64,000 nt of DNA. Origin: Paraspadella gotoi (taxonomy: Eukaryota > Animalia > Chaetognatha). How positions within the stretch are numbered: position 1 is the stretch's first letter; each line of letters starts with the position of its first letter. Positions 38,285 through 51,293 of the stretch are shown here, piece by piece. The translations under genes were made by a program, and so were the position numbers. The DNA lies in assembly GCA_051294375.1 (NCBI GenBank), contig CM119266.1, positions 21,341,987 through 21,405,986 of the forward strand, in the 5' to 3' direction. The notes below the pieces were generated by a model that did no database searches, had not been told where the DNA came from, and was given only the letters and a program-made list of their open reading frames with translations.

Positions 38285-38510
38285 AAACTCTAACCGGAAG
38301 TGAACTGCGTCAGAGTGACGTCAAACTCGGCTGGAGGATGGCGTCGCAGCGGCGCCCGATAGTTGGGGGGCGGGGGAGGTCGGCGGCGAGGAGCGGCGGA
38401 CGCGGCCGGCCACGCGGGACGCCGGCCGGGAAGCGGTTCGAGTATCGTCTTTGCGCGCATGTACGTGCGCCAAAACGTCGTTCGCGCGCAAGGGGCTTCT
38501 TGCACGCATT
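38285..38510. promoter_or_regulatory. CpG-rich promoter-like region (duplicate at ~48270-48495)
   Basis: Clustered ACCGGAAGTG (ETS), TGACGTCA (CRE), GATGGCG (YY1-like), GGGGCGGGG (GC box) and GCGCATG (NRF1-like) motifs. Confidence 0.45.
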
Positions 38511-41315
38511 GGAGTTAATAACCGATTTAGGGACGGACGGTTTTGAAAAAGCGGTGGCGGACGACCGGACTTATCTTTCATTTTATTTCCAGACAGATCA
38601 ACATTTTGCATCCAAAAACCCACTTTGCATTCACGCTCAGATTGCTGCGGTCTTTATGGCGTTAGGCGGCGCTCTTCGTTGCCGGTTGGTTGTCAGTGAA
38701 ATTCTCCTGATACTGGCAATCAGGCAACCAATTAAATGAATCTTTTATAATGCGAAATTGTCTTAATATTAGAAAATCGGTTACAGCTCTTTAAATACAT
38801 AAGTGAAAGAAGGTTTAATATGAAAGAAAAATATAGATGCCACTGACACTGGCACTGTTTCTTTTCACATTATTATGATCAAGGCTGCTAAGCAACCTGC
38901 CAAAAAACATAAAAACGGTTTCTATAGTTATCTCTCTAGGTCACGAAAGTGACAAAAATGGACATGACTTGAGGCGTTGACTTCGTCTTTTATACATAAT
39001 TACTAACATTTGCCCTCCTCTTAAGAGATATCTTAAACCCTAATATTTAGTAATTTACTTCGTAACTTTGTTTCATTCACGTTTATTGAGATGGAGGAAT
39101 ATGTTCTACCGTTCCTTTTTGTGTCCTTTTACACTAATTAGCAATTTCAATAGCCTTAATAAAAATCAATTTTGTTTACTGCAATATGTAAATGAAATTT
39201 TCGTACTAAACGTGATGAATCTCAGATTATCTAAGTATTAACAGCAAGTGTAACTCTACGAAAACACTCCATTCCGACCCATCACAAAATCTGCGGAAGC
39301 CCGGAGATACGCGAGGGAATTTGATGAACGGAAGAGAAAAACGAATAACCCGAAACCAGAACCAACCGACCGGAAACGACGCCACGCACAGGGTGACGGG
39401 GCATTAACAAAAGGCAAACAAAGTGCTGCCTCATTTTGGGACCAAAAAGGCCATTCAAATATTTTTTAAACCCCTTATGGTATTTTTTACTTATGAATTT
39501 TTAGTTAAATTGTTACTGTCAGTACTGTGTAACACTGTAATAGTTTATAAATTAAGTTCCTGTTATCGTTTCAGCTGAGTAGTCAGACGAAATTATTTTG
39601 GCTGTATATAAGAAGAAAAAAAAATCTTTGCCAGATCTTTCTTTTTCACGTATTTGTCCAAAATATAAACATCGTTAAAGGAAAAAGATTGGATGGATTA
39701 TTTGAGGAAGGAAAGATGGGGGGGGGAAAGAAAGAGAGGAGGAAGGTGAAGTGAGAAAAAAGCAACTCGGGCGCAAAATATAAATAATAGAAAGGAAGAA
39801 AAATCACCGGAAGTAAGTTTTTTTTAAATTATCTTATCTTACAACAAACTAGAATGTCCCCGATGAGCCAAGCATCATGGCCCATTGGACCTCCAACGTT
39901 AATTCAGAAATCCGATCCTCAGCGTCAACATCGTTGATTATCGGAACTATCAGTTTTCCTTATGGGCTAAAACGACATTCAATATTCGGATAATTAAACT
40001 AAAAACTATTGCCACAAAAAATAACATTCCGATTCTCTAAGGTTCTTCTTCCCGTCACATTCCTTGTTTATTTACTCGTTTTCTTTGTTTCGTTCTCAAG
40101 GCCAAAAAAATCGGCATCCGACAAGACTCGGATGATAGAATGTTTCCTTCTCTCCCATATATCCACCTCTCCCTCCTTGTCCACCCCACGAAGACTTGGC
40201 TTTTTTTCCCCCAATTTCACTAAAAATATTTCCTCAAACTATTGTTGTTGATTTTTGGTTCGGTCCTCGTTTTCCCTCGACGTTTTTTACCATTTGTTTT
40301 TTGTTTGGTTGTTTTTTTTTAAGTTTATTGGCGACGCAAAATATCTTTCAACAAAAACGAGACTGAGCCAGATTTTCATCGAATGTTAAAAAAATACGGC
40401 CGATAAAAATATTTGGCTCATGAAGGCAACCTTAGATATCACGATAAAATATTTCTACGATAGACAGAGCAGTATTGCGATCGTCCAAATATTGTAATCT
40501 GTATTTGCTGAAGATTTTAATCACGCAGAAAGGCTACCAAGCTATGAAACAATTTTAATTTAAAAGTTTTTAGTGCCACACGAAGGAACAAATTACTGCC
40601 CGTTATTTTCTGTTTCAGAACTACGGATCTGACTATAGTCCGCCACTAGCGGTGGGTTAGACGTCCCGTCCGCTTACTAGCATTGACACCCAGGGGCGGG
40701 AACACAGACCGCTTGGTGGGGAATTCTCGCTCTTACGCCATCGGGGCTGCGCTGATGACTCAGGCGGGTGGCATAGCGAATGTGTTTTCACAATGGTTGT
40801 TGATCAACGCATGCCGCTTTTATCAAAATAAAATAACCCAAACAGAAATATACAAACTATTATATTTTATTAGCCCGAATGGGTAACTTTACTATTGACG
40901 TCCGTTTCTTAATCCATGAATTTTGTTTTCCCTTTAAAATCGAATTTCAGTTTTCGCAATGATAGCATATCTTTTTGCACAATATATATATTTTTTTTTT
41001 TAAACTTTTTTCGTTAGTGAAAAAAAGATATTTTTACATTTTTTAATTTTTAATTACTTTTTATATTTGGGTTTAAGGGTGGTTAAATCAGGGGTGGTAC
41101 GATTAGGGGCGGTTAGGTTAGTTATCAAATGATTTTTTTTAATCGAACTTTTTTTTACCCATACCAATATTTTTTTTTTGTTGTAACGAAATTTCAATAT
41201 GTCACTCATAAGAAGCGCGAATGTAAATTAAGCCCTCGAATTATATTAATTCACACATCACACTGTAAAAAAAAAAAAAATTACATAACTAATAGCACAG
41301 AGTGAAAAATTTACT

Positions 41316-44300
41316 TCAACATCTTTTACACTCGTCTCCTTCCCAAAATTCGACAACCTCCTTCTTCGTTTCAGCTCCGCATTGCGTTCCAGTCCGAAGG
41401 CTCTGAGGCAGCGGCTTTCCATTCGTTCTCGTGCCATCAGCGTCCACCAGGTGGTCGACACTGACGACGCCCGAAAAACGCCGAGCGTCGCTTCCACGTT
41501 TAGGGGCGCTCCCTCCTCTCGAAGTAGGGAATAAAGGTAACTGGCGGCGATGGAGGCCTTTCTCGCAACCAGCAAAGCGCATGAAGTTAAGAACGGGCGC
41601 GTATCAGAATGGACAGTGGCGGACGCTCCTGAGATAGATATATATATAAATATTATATACATAAAATTTGACATTACAAACATCAAATAACACCATGAAT
41701 CTAATTGGAAAATATGATTTTTCTCCAAAAATATACCGTTGTATTCTTTTTTTTCTTTACTCGAAAGTTTTGGAATATTGATTAAATATTTTAAGAATCG
41801 GTCTGTACTGCCGAAAGCGCTTGGTTTTACGACGAGTTTAATTTAGGATAAATTACTTGTTGATAGCGACGACTTGTTAAGTGACTTTGTTTCAATAAAC
41901 TGATCCTGTTCCCACATGGCGAGACGACTGAACGTCAAGGAGTTCGAAGCATCCTGACGTAACAAAATCTGACCACTATCCTCAACAAACGGCGCCGCCG
42001 CGTTCGACGTCGTCCACCGCCCAGGCGGCCTACCCGCCAGCGTTCAGGTTATGAGACGCCTCGATGGACGAACGAACCCAGCTGCGATCGTTGCGGCGCC
42101 GGTTGAAGAAGCGTAGCAGATGGTGATGCCGCCAGACGAGCGGCGGATTCCAAATGATTGAAGGAGACGAAAAGGTTGACGAAAGCGCATTGCTCCGTTA
42201 GATTCGATTAGAAAAGCTGACCCCGATAGTAAACCATATGGTGAGGTTGACTTATGACCAGTAGACCGCAGAGCCATACTGATGAGGGCGGGATAAACAG
42301 GGACCTAGTTGGATCTTATAAGTCGGACTGAAGGAGTTGCTTCCTCGTTGAAGAGAGTCGCAGGTTTCGCGAGGCGTCCGTCCGCAAGTTTTCAGAGATG
42401 GGTTTCTAATCTCCCGTCAAGACAATTCCTCATTATTCATCTTTGTTGTTATCGATTTCATTATTGTTCGTGTTCCTCCTTCGATCCTATTTCCCACGGA
42501 CGTCATTGCACATGGAACGGTCTTCCCTTCCCTAGTTTCTGTCCTCGAGAAAGAACTTCGGCGGGTCTCGACCGCAGAAACTCGTACGCCTGGTGTCGAA
42601 GGCGGCCCTTCTTTTATGAGCCAGGAGGGTCTCGACTCGGGGAACCAGGAGAAAGACTTCAGGGAGGACACGACGACGGCGAACGAAGCCTGAACCCGTA
42701 CAACCAGCAGGGCACAAGGGTGCCGCTCCAATGCCCGGAATGTACGCGCGTAGCGTGTGGAGTCTGAACAGAAATAAGAAATGATACTAATGAAATTTAG
42801 AGTGTTAATGGCGTAGTTTGCCGTCTCGGACAACCAGATTACAATTGTTTTTATTCCATTTATAAACAAGCGGCTCTTGCCCCGACTTTGTATACGTACG
42901 ACCTGGCACCGGAGAAAGAAGGATAACGGAGCGAGGAAGGGTTAGAGAGAGAGACCCTAGGTAAGTCGCCTCACAATACTTTAAGGCCTGCAATACTTTT
43001 ACAAGATAATATATTAGCAGGAACCCAGCAAGTTTTAAACAAGCGGACGCCATTGTATAAAAAGACCACTCCCGTATAGCGATGCGGTATAATATTCAAT
43101 TTAGTATCGACGATAAAAGCCTTAACGATTTTTAAACATTCATTGTTTTAAAATCTTTTTGAACTTACGCAATCCATGGAAGCACTGGCTCTCGACTGGC
43201 CTGAACCAAGACATGTTGGCACATCAACTCCAACGCACTCCGTGGTGACGGAGGAAAACAATTCGTATCCGCAATAAGAGTTCAACCGCTATCATACCCA
43301 ACGTAGGACACTCCGAGAAAGTATCATGCTAAAAAAAAGCATTTGCTGAAGCAAAACCACTCACTCGATTTAAGCAATAATGCCTTGGATTATATGATTT
43401 CGTCGTTTCCTTCATAGCAAATGCTTTTAGTTTAATTGAAAATAAAATGGCTTTCCAAACACTTCCATTTTTCAAAAGATAACTAAGCAAACAAAATGTA
43501 GTTTATTAATATAATAATTAATAATATTTCTAACTTCATTTCGATCCCCCCCACCAATCCCCCGCCCTATACCACTTTTCATCAACCTGCACGGCGACTA
43601 AATCAAAAACGTGAAATTCCACGCCAACCTGCAGCCCCGGCCAATTCCGGGCCACACAGCTGCCGCCGTCATGTGCGACCCGTTCGCCTCCCCAAAGTGT
43701 TCGCCTGAGATATCCGCAGAAGAGGAACGATCAGCGCGGTGGTTGAGGTTGCCGTATAAAAATATGCTGATAAAATAGGTCAAATAGCGATGATGCTCGC
43801 GACACCAAAATCAACTCCCCATCGGCGACCATAGAGTGAGATTTTGGGCGTTTCCGGAAGGTGTCCAGCTATGCCGGGCCTAGCTTCGCATCCGGGCGGA
43901 GACAACCTGCTCGGCTGAGGATTCTAGAGGATACGCGGGGTGACGGTTGTGAAGATACCCTCGGCGCCGGAGGGATGTCCGTCATTAGAGGCGCTTCATC
44001 GTTCGCGCACCAAACAAGGATGGAGCGCGTTGAGCTGACGAGGGAATTGCCCGAAGAAAAGGAACAGCAAAGAAGCCATCCCTTCCACCGCAAGGCGCAG
44101 AAGATGCCCAAGGGGAACAACCGCATGAGGTCCGAGGCGGAAGGTACAGATTCGTTCCAGCCGAAGGATCGCCGCCCATGATGATTCGATGGACTATGGA
44201 GAAAATGACGAAACGATTGTCTAATTTTACTCTTCTTTTTCGTCGGTTTTCTATCTTGAGAAATGATCGAGGGCAAAGATGATATCTGTATTTATTCGGA

Positions 44301-46045
44301 CCGTTTTTATTTCTTCATTAACGTAAGGAACAACGGGGCAGAGAAAGTTTGCCTAAACAAAAAATATTAACTAAAGTAAAGCACATACTGCGAGCTCCTC
44401 AATACCGGGTAAAATCTGGATCCTTGGGCGTGGACTTTTTCACTGTTGATAGGATTTTCATACATGAAATAAAAAGCCTAATAAGCTTGTGGAAGATTTA
44501 GATGATTTTCTTTAAAAGCTAATATACCTACCTAATAACTTTTTTTCCTTTTTTTTAAAAGCATATTTAACATAAAAAAATTTCAAATACAGACTTGCAA
44601 TTTATTTAAAATAAGTCCCATTGCGAGAGAACGCGAAAGAATAATTTTTTATTTTTAAAAGTCGTCATTTTCCTGAAAATTCTACATTTATAATTAATTT
44701 ACTGAATTTATACAACATCAGTATATTTGACGTTTTCTCTCTGAATGCTTTCCGATCTAATTGGGTTTAATCACGTCAGCCGGATCGACCGTGGAATTGT
44801 ACATAAGGTCAGAGATCCTTCTAGTTCGATACTCATCACTCTCCCCCTTCCTCCTACCCCAAAACCCTGTCACCTCTTCGTTCTTCTACGCTCATCTCTC
44901 TCCACATCCGCCGGACTCTGCGGCAAGCGTGTTCCCAACGTCTGCGTCTATCAGCTGCCGTCAAAATCGCCAAGACGACGCCGATCGCATCCGAGAGTCG
45001 CTTCCACGGCCAATGCGCGCTTTGCGTTTGAAAAGTAGGAAAGGTAGCTGCGGAGCGATCGATCACGACGCGGCAGAGCAGCATCGAGACGATTAATGCA
45101 CGGCCGCGGTTCAAAGTCGCAAAAAGTTTCCCTGAGCATAAAATTTTTGTACGTCAAATGTTGTTTGGTATATTTAACTGAATGTTGATGCAGCTTATTC
45201 AGTCAATCAAAACCAAGCCAATCTAATCATACATAATGTTTACTTAGCTTCCCACAGATCGCGATTCTCAGGCAGACGCTCAACGACGCCAGCGGAAGAA
45301 ATAATCATGCTGAACGCCGTGACCTGCATCGACGGCCGCGCGGCCGCTCGATGTCGTCCACCGCAACTCGTCGGTCGCCAGAGTCAAAAAACCGCCGCCC
45401 GATGACTGCGAAGCCGACGCCATCGAGGGACCCGTGTTAACGAGATTGGCCAGAGTACAAAGGCGCCGAGGAATTCGCGCCGGGATTCCATGAGTTGAAT
45501 GACGGGAAAGTGAGGTAATCGATCCCCGGGCAAGATTGCGTAGCGAAAAAGCCGACCAGATGGTAGGACCAGCCCACCAGTTAAGGACCAATAGAGCTGG
45601 AAATGACGCGAGAGGAGACCAGAACCAAGCGTGGATCTCAGGCTCGACGCAGAACGAGATGGCCGGGCGGCTGGTTGAAGCGCTTGATGCTGGCGGCGGC
45701 TGTCGCGTGTTGCCGTGTTGGCGCTGCGCATCAGCTGTTATCGCTGGGATTCTTTGTTAACGCATCTTGGAAATGCGAACATTCTTTAATTCCTCTTCCT
45801 TTCCTCGTCATTTCCATCGACCAAACCTTCTCTCTTCTCTCCGAAAACATCTTGAAGGAATTCTTCCCCACTCCAACTTCATCCGCGACTTTTGGCGGTC
45901 GCTCCTCTAACGATCTTGAAGGCCTCTTGGAGGTGGCCCTTTGGATTAGCCAAGGCGGGAGAGTCGGGATATGATAGCCGGATAGGGCGAACAAATTGGA
46001 ATCCGTACACAAGAGACATAAGGTGCGCCGATGCGGAATTAGGGT
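41316..46045 (-). other. Frameshift-ridden duplicate of the SLC22 genes (all of gene B, exons 3-4 of gene A); part of the false duplication 36295-46249 vs 46275-~55845
   Basis: Colinear with 51294-55660, including introns. Indel density rises toward the 25-N gap at 46250-46274. Confidence 0.85.
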
Positions 46046-46365
46046 AATGGAGATAGTAAAGTTAATGTAAAAGCGAAGAGTGTCTCTTTGTGTAAAGCGG
46101 ATATTATCGCAAGTGATAGTTAATTTTAATTTATTTGAATTATTGATTACTGTGGAGAGAGAGAGAAAGAGGAGAGACTTTTTTTAGTTTTTCAGTCGGA
46201 TTGGCTTATCAGCAAGGTTGACACATATGTAAGTTGCAGAAAGAAAAAANNNNNNNNNNNNNNNNNNNNNNNNNCGTCAGTTTGTTGTTCAACTTCGCGG
46301 CCATTTGTCAAAAATGCTGTAAGAAGTATGGAATACCTGTTTCTGACAATAGCATTGAATTAGGC

Positions 46366-47017
46366 GGGTATGATGGACTAAAATACACCAACCGTTCATC
46401 AGCGCCATGGGCCGAGGATCCAGTCATTCGCCTCCCAGCCCAAAGGTCCGGGGTTCTAGCCCGGTGGTCGCCTTGCAGTTAAGAGGGACGAGGCGCTTAA
46501 CGCGCCTGTAACACGGTGTTACAGCCTGATCTAAAGCTTAGGGACTGCTTATATTGAACGGTTTTGTCACTAACATATAACAATTATTACTGTCTCTTCA
46601 TTGGTGAGGCCCGACTTCCAAACACAACAGCAACAACAACACTTTCAGGCGATATGCCTCAACCTGGCGATGCACTTTCCGCTCACAACACATCAGGCAA
46701 CATGCCTCAACTTGGTGACGCACTTTCCACCAACAACAACAATTCACTGAAGAGACGCACCGACTTCTCCCTACGGGAGGGGGGATGTATGGTGGACTAA
46801 AATCCACCAACCGTTCATCAGCGGCCATTGGTGCCGGAGGCAAGTCATTCACTTCCCCACCCAAAGGTCCGGGATTCTAGCCCGTGGTCGCCTAGCAGTT
46901 AAGAGGGACGGGGCGCTTAACCCGCCTAACACGGTGTTACAGCCTGATCCGAAGCTCAGGGACTGCATATATGAACGGTTCTGTCACTAACATATAACAA
47001 TTATCACTGTCTCTTCA
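46366..47017 (+). mobile_element. Duplicate of the two-copy structured tRNA-headed repeat
   Basis: Nearly identical to 36386-37036; lies within the duplicated segment. Confidence 0.6.
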
Positions 47018-47445
47018 CGGGTATTTTTTTATGTTTCATTTAACATACATCATATTTAATTAACATCTTAATTCAATGAAATTATAGAATGTCATAATTT
47101 CAATCGTATTTATAAGTTTTTTCCATCAATTTAAGATAATTTAAGAGATTTAAAAATTTACAAGTTAAGTTTGTAAATTCACAATAAAGCCCTTGTTTCA
47201 TATGTCTTAATAAGACATAATGAAACAAGGGCTTTATTGTGAATATACAAACTTAACTTGTAAATTTTTACTCTTTACTAATAAATATTAACGAAGTGAA
47301 AATATGAGAAGTGTTTAAAATAAGTTTGCGTTAATCCAAAAAATTGCACTATCCTTTTTCCTTCGTTGATAGAGAAGCATAGCACTTTGGTAGTTTATTA
47401 GATAAATAAATAATCCTTATATTGCTTATTTTATTACGATCTTAC

Positions 47446-47574
47446 CCGGAATCTTGGATTGAGATTTCGATAAGACGCCGGTCGCCTCTTTTCCACGGCG
47501 ACGTCTCCATCGACGACGACGACGACGATGAGAAAAACGGCGACGATTTGAAACAAAGTCCAGGAACCTTTCAT
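47446..47574 (-). other. Duplicate of exon 1 (signal peptide) of the Cys-rich peptide gene
   Basis: Matches 37465-37593, with ATG at 47574 and a GTAAG donor; lies in the duplicated segment. Confidence 0.7.
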
Positions 47575-50500
47575 TTTGTAATTTCTTAACTTGCGATTAT
47601 ATTGTGTCGTTAATTAGTTAGTTTTTTGTTAGTGCCTCGAAAGAGACTGTTAAAAAGAAGGGGAAAATGTACGTACTTTTAAAACTGTTTCGACAGTTTT
47701 ATATTTGTGCTATTAGCGAAATGGAGTTATATAAAGATTAAAAGTAGGAAAAAAAAGTGGCGAGGATTTAAAAATATTAGTTTATGTACCAATAAAACCC
47801 ATATTAATCATAAATGCTAGAAATTAATTCATTCTTGCATTGCGCCAAAAAAAAATGGAATCCCAAATGACAACTCCGGAGTTTTCGCAGTAATGTCATA
47901 AACCAAAACAAAAAAACCTCGTTGGCGTCGGGCGTCTCGAAGAAAGTTTCTATGGTGCATTGAAATGAAAACGCGTGGGAGGAAAGGAGGAGGAGAAAGA
48001 GGAGGAGGAGGAGTTGGAATGCGGAAGCGAGGACGATACGGAATAATATTCAGTACTGTAATTCATACTAATAATTTATACGATATGACGAATTGCTTAT
48101 CTAAGTACGTAGAAAAAATGAATGAAATTATCTTTTATTTACCCTGTTAGTGTTATAGACGTATAAAAAGTGAGTAATAGTGACTGGGATATTACTTTCC
48201 AAACCAATATTACTTTCCAAACGCCACCGCTTCCACTCCTCGTCAACCCCAGCGTTCCTCGGCCTCGTTGAAACTCTAACCGGAAGTGAACTGCGTCAGA
48301 GTGACGTCAAACTCGGCTGGAGGATGGCGTCGCAGCGCGCCCGAAAGTTGGGGGGCGGGGGAGGTCGGCGGCGAGGAGCGGCGGACGCGGCCGGCCAAGT
48401 GGGACGCCGGCCGGGAAGCGGTTCGAGTATCGTCTTTGCGCGCATGTACGTGCGCCAAAACGTCGTTCGCGCGCAAGGGGCTTCTTGCACGCATTGGAGT
48501 TAATAACCGATTTAGGACGGACGGTTTTGAAAAAGGGTGGCGGACGACCGGACTTATCTTTCATTTTATTTCCAGACAGATCAGACATTTTGCATCCAAA
48601 AACCCACTTTGCATTCACGCTCAGATTGCTGCGGTCTTTATGGCGTTTGGCGGCGCTCTTTCGTTGCCAGTCGGTTGTCAGTGAAATTCTCCTGATACTG
48701 GCAATCAGGCAACCAATTAAATGAATCTTTTATAATGCGAAATTGTCTTAATATTAGAAAATCGGTTACAGCTTTAAATACATAAGTGAAAGAAGGTTTA
48801 ATATGAAAGAAAAATATAGATGCCACTGACACTGGCACTGTTTCTTTTCACATATTATGATCAAGGCTGCTAAGCAACCTGCCAAAAAACATAAAAACGG
48901 TTTCTATAGTTATCTCTCTACGTCACGAAAGTGACAAAAATGGACATGACTTGAGGCGTTGACTTCGTCTTTTATACATAATTACTAACATTTGCCCTCC
49001 TCTTTAAGAGATATCTTAAAACCCTAATATTTAGTAATTTACTTCGTAACTTTGTTTCATTCACGTTTATTGAGATGTAGGAATATGTTCTACCGTTCCT
49101 TTTTGTGTCCTTTTACACTAATTAGCAATTTCAATAGCCTAATAAAAATCAATTTTGTTTACTGCAATATGTAAATGAAATTTTCGTACTAAACGTGATG
49201 ATCTCAGATTATCTAAGTATTAACAGCAATGTAACTCTACGAAAACACTCCATTCCGACCCATCACAAAATCTGCGGAAGCCCGGAAGATACGCGAGGGA
49301 ATTTGATGAACGGAAGAGAAAACCGAATAACCCGAAACCAGAACCAACCGACCGGAAACGACGCCACGCACAGGGTGACGGGGCATAAACAAAAGGCAAA
49401 CAAAGTGCTGCCTCATTTTGGACCAAAAAGGCCATTCAAATTATTTTAAACCCCTTGTGGTATTTTTTACTTATGAATTTTAGTTAAATTTGTTACTGTC
49501 AGTACTGTGTAACACTGTAATAGTTTATAAATTAGTTCCTGTTATCGTTTCAGCTGAGTAGTCAGACGAAATTATTTTGGCTGTATATAAGAAGAAAAAA
49601 AAATCTTTGCCAGATCTTTCTTTTCACGTATTTGTCCAAAATATAAACATCGTTAAAGGAAAAAGATTGGATGGATTATTTGAGGAAGGAAAGATGGGGG
49701 GGGGAAAGAAAGAGAGGAAGGAAGGTGAAGTGAGAAAAAGCAACTCGGGGCAAAATATAAATAATAGAAAGGAAGAAAAATCACCGGAGTAAGTTTTTTT
49801 TAAATTATCTTATCTTACAACAAACTAGAATGTCCCCATGAGCCCAAGCATCATGGCCCATTGGACCTCCAACGTTAATTCAGAAATCCGATCCTCAGCG
49901 TCAAACATCGTTGACTATCGGAACTATCAGTTTTCCCTTAAGGGCTAAAACGACATTCAGATATATCGGCGAGTTTTAAAACTATTGCCACAAAAATAAC
50001 ATTCCGATTCTCTAAGGTTCTTCTTCCCGTCACATTTCTTGTTTATTTACTCGTTTTCTTTGTTTCGTTCTCAAGGCCAAAAAAATCGGCATCCGACAAG
50101 AACTCGGAATGATGAATGTTTCCTTCTCTCCATATATCCACCTCTCCCTCCTTGTCCACCCCACAAGACTTGCTTTTTTCCCCCCAATTTCCACTAAAAA
50201 TATTTCCTCAAACTATTGTTGTTGATTTTGGTTTCCGGTCCTCGTTTTCCCTCGACGTTTTGTTTACCATTTGTTTTTTGTTGTTGTTTTTTTTTTAAGT
50301 TTATTAGCGACGCAATATCTTTCAACAAAACCGAGACTGAGCCAAGATTTTTCATCGAATGTTAAAAAAATACGGCGATAAAATATTTGGCTCATGAAGC
50401 AACCTTTAAGATATCACGATAAAATATTTCTACGAGTAGACAGAGCAGTATTGCGATCGTCCAATATTGTAATCTGTATTTGCTGAAGATTTTAATCACG

Positions 50501-51293
50501 CAAGAAAGGCTACCAAGCTTTGAAACAATTTTAATTTAAAAGTTTTAGTGCCACACGGAAGGACAAATTACTGCCCGTTATTTTCTAGTTTCAGAACTAC
50601 GGATCTGACTGTAGTCCGCCACTACAGGTGGGTTAGACGTCCCGTCCCGCTTACTAGCATTGACACCCAAGGGGCGGGAACACTAGACCGCTTGGTGGGA
50701 ATTCTCGCTCTTACGCCATCGGGGCTGCGCTGATGGACTCAGGCGGGTGGCGATAGCGAATGTGTTGCCACAAGGTGTTGATCAACCGATGCCGCTTTTA
50801 TCAAAATAAAATAACCCCAACAGAAATATAAAACTATTATATTTTATTAGCCCCGAATGGGTAACTTTACTATTCGACGTCCGTTTCTTAATCCATTGAA
50901 TTTTGTTTTCCCTTTAACATCGAATTTCAGTTTTCGCAATGATGCATATCTTTTTGCACAATATTATATATTTTTTTTTTTTTAAACTTTTTTCGTTAGT
51001 TGAAAAAAAGATATTTTTACATTTTTAATTTTTAATTACTTTTTATATTATTGGGTTAAGGGTGGTTAAATCAAGGGGTGGTTACGATTAGGGGCGGTTA
51101 AGGTTAGTTATCAAAATTGATTTTTTAATCAGAACTTTTTTTTACCCATACCAATATTTTTTTTTGTGTAACGAAATTTCAATATGTCACTCATAAGAAG
51201 CGGCGAATGTAAAATTAAGCCCTCGAATTATATTAATTCACACATCACACTGTAAAAAAAAAAAAAATTACAAACTAATAGCAAGAGTGAAAT

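Noticed and set aside
41316-46045. SLC22 pseudogenes
   Set aside because: The indel-dominated error gradient toward a 25-N gap points to raw-read sequence rather than evolutionary decay.
50590-50770. SRP RNA Alu domain or HDV-like ribozyme
   Set aside because: The TGTAG between two hairpins is Alu-like, but the loops are not complementary and there is no S-domain motif. GCGAAT and TTCTCGC are present, but the HDV P1-P2-P3 order cannot be built.
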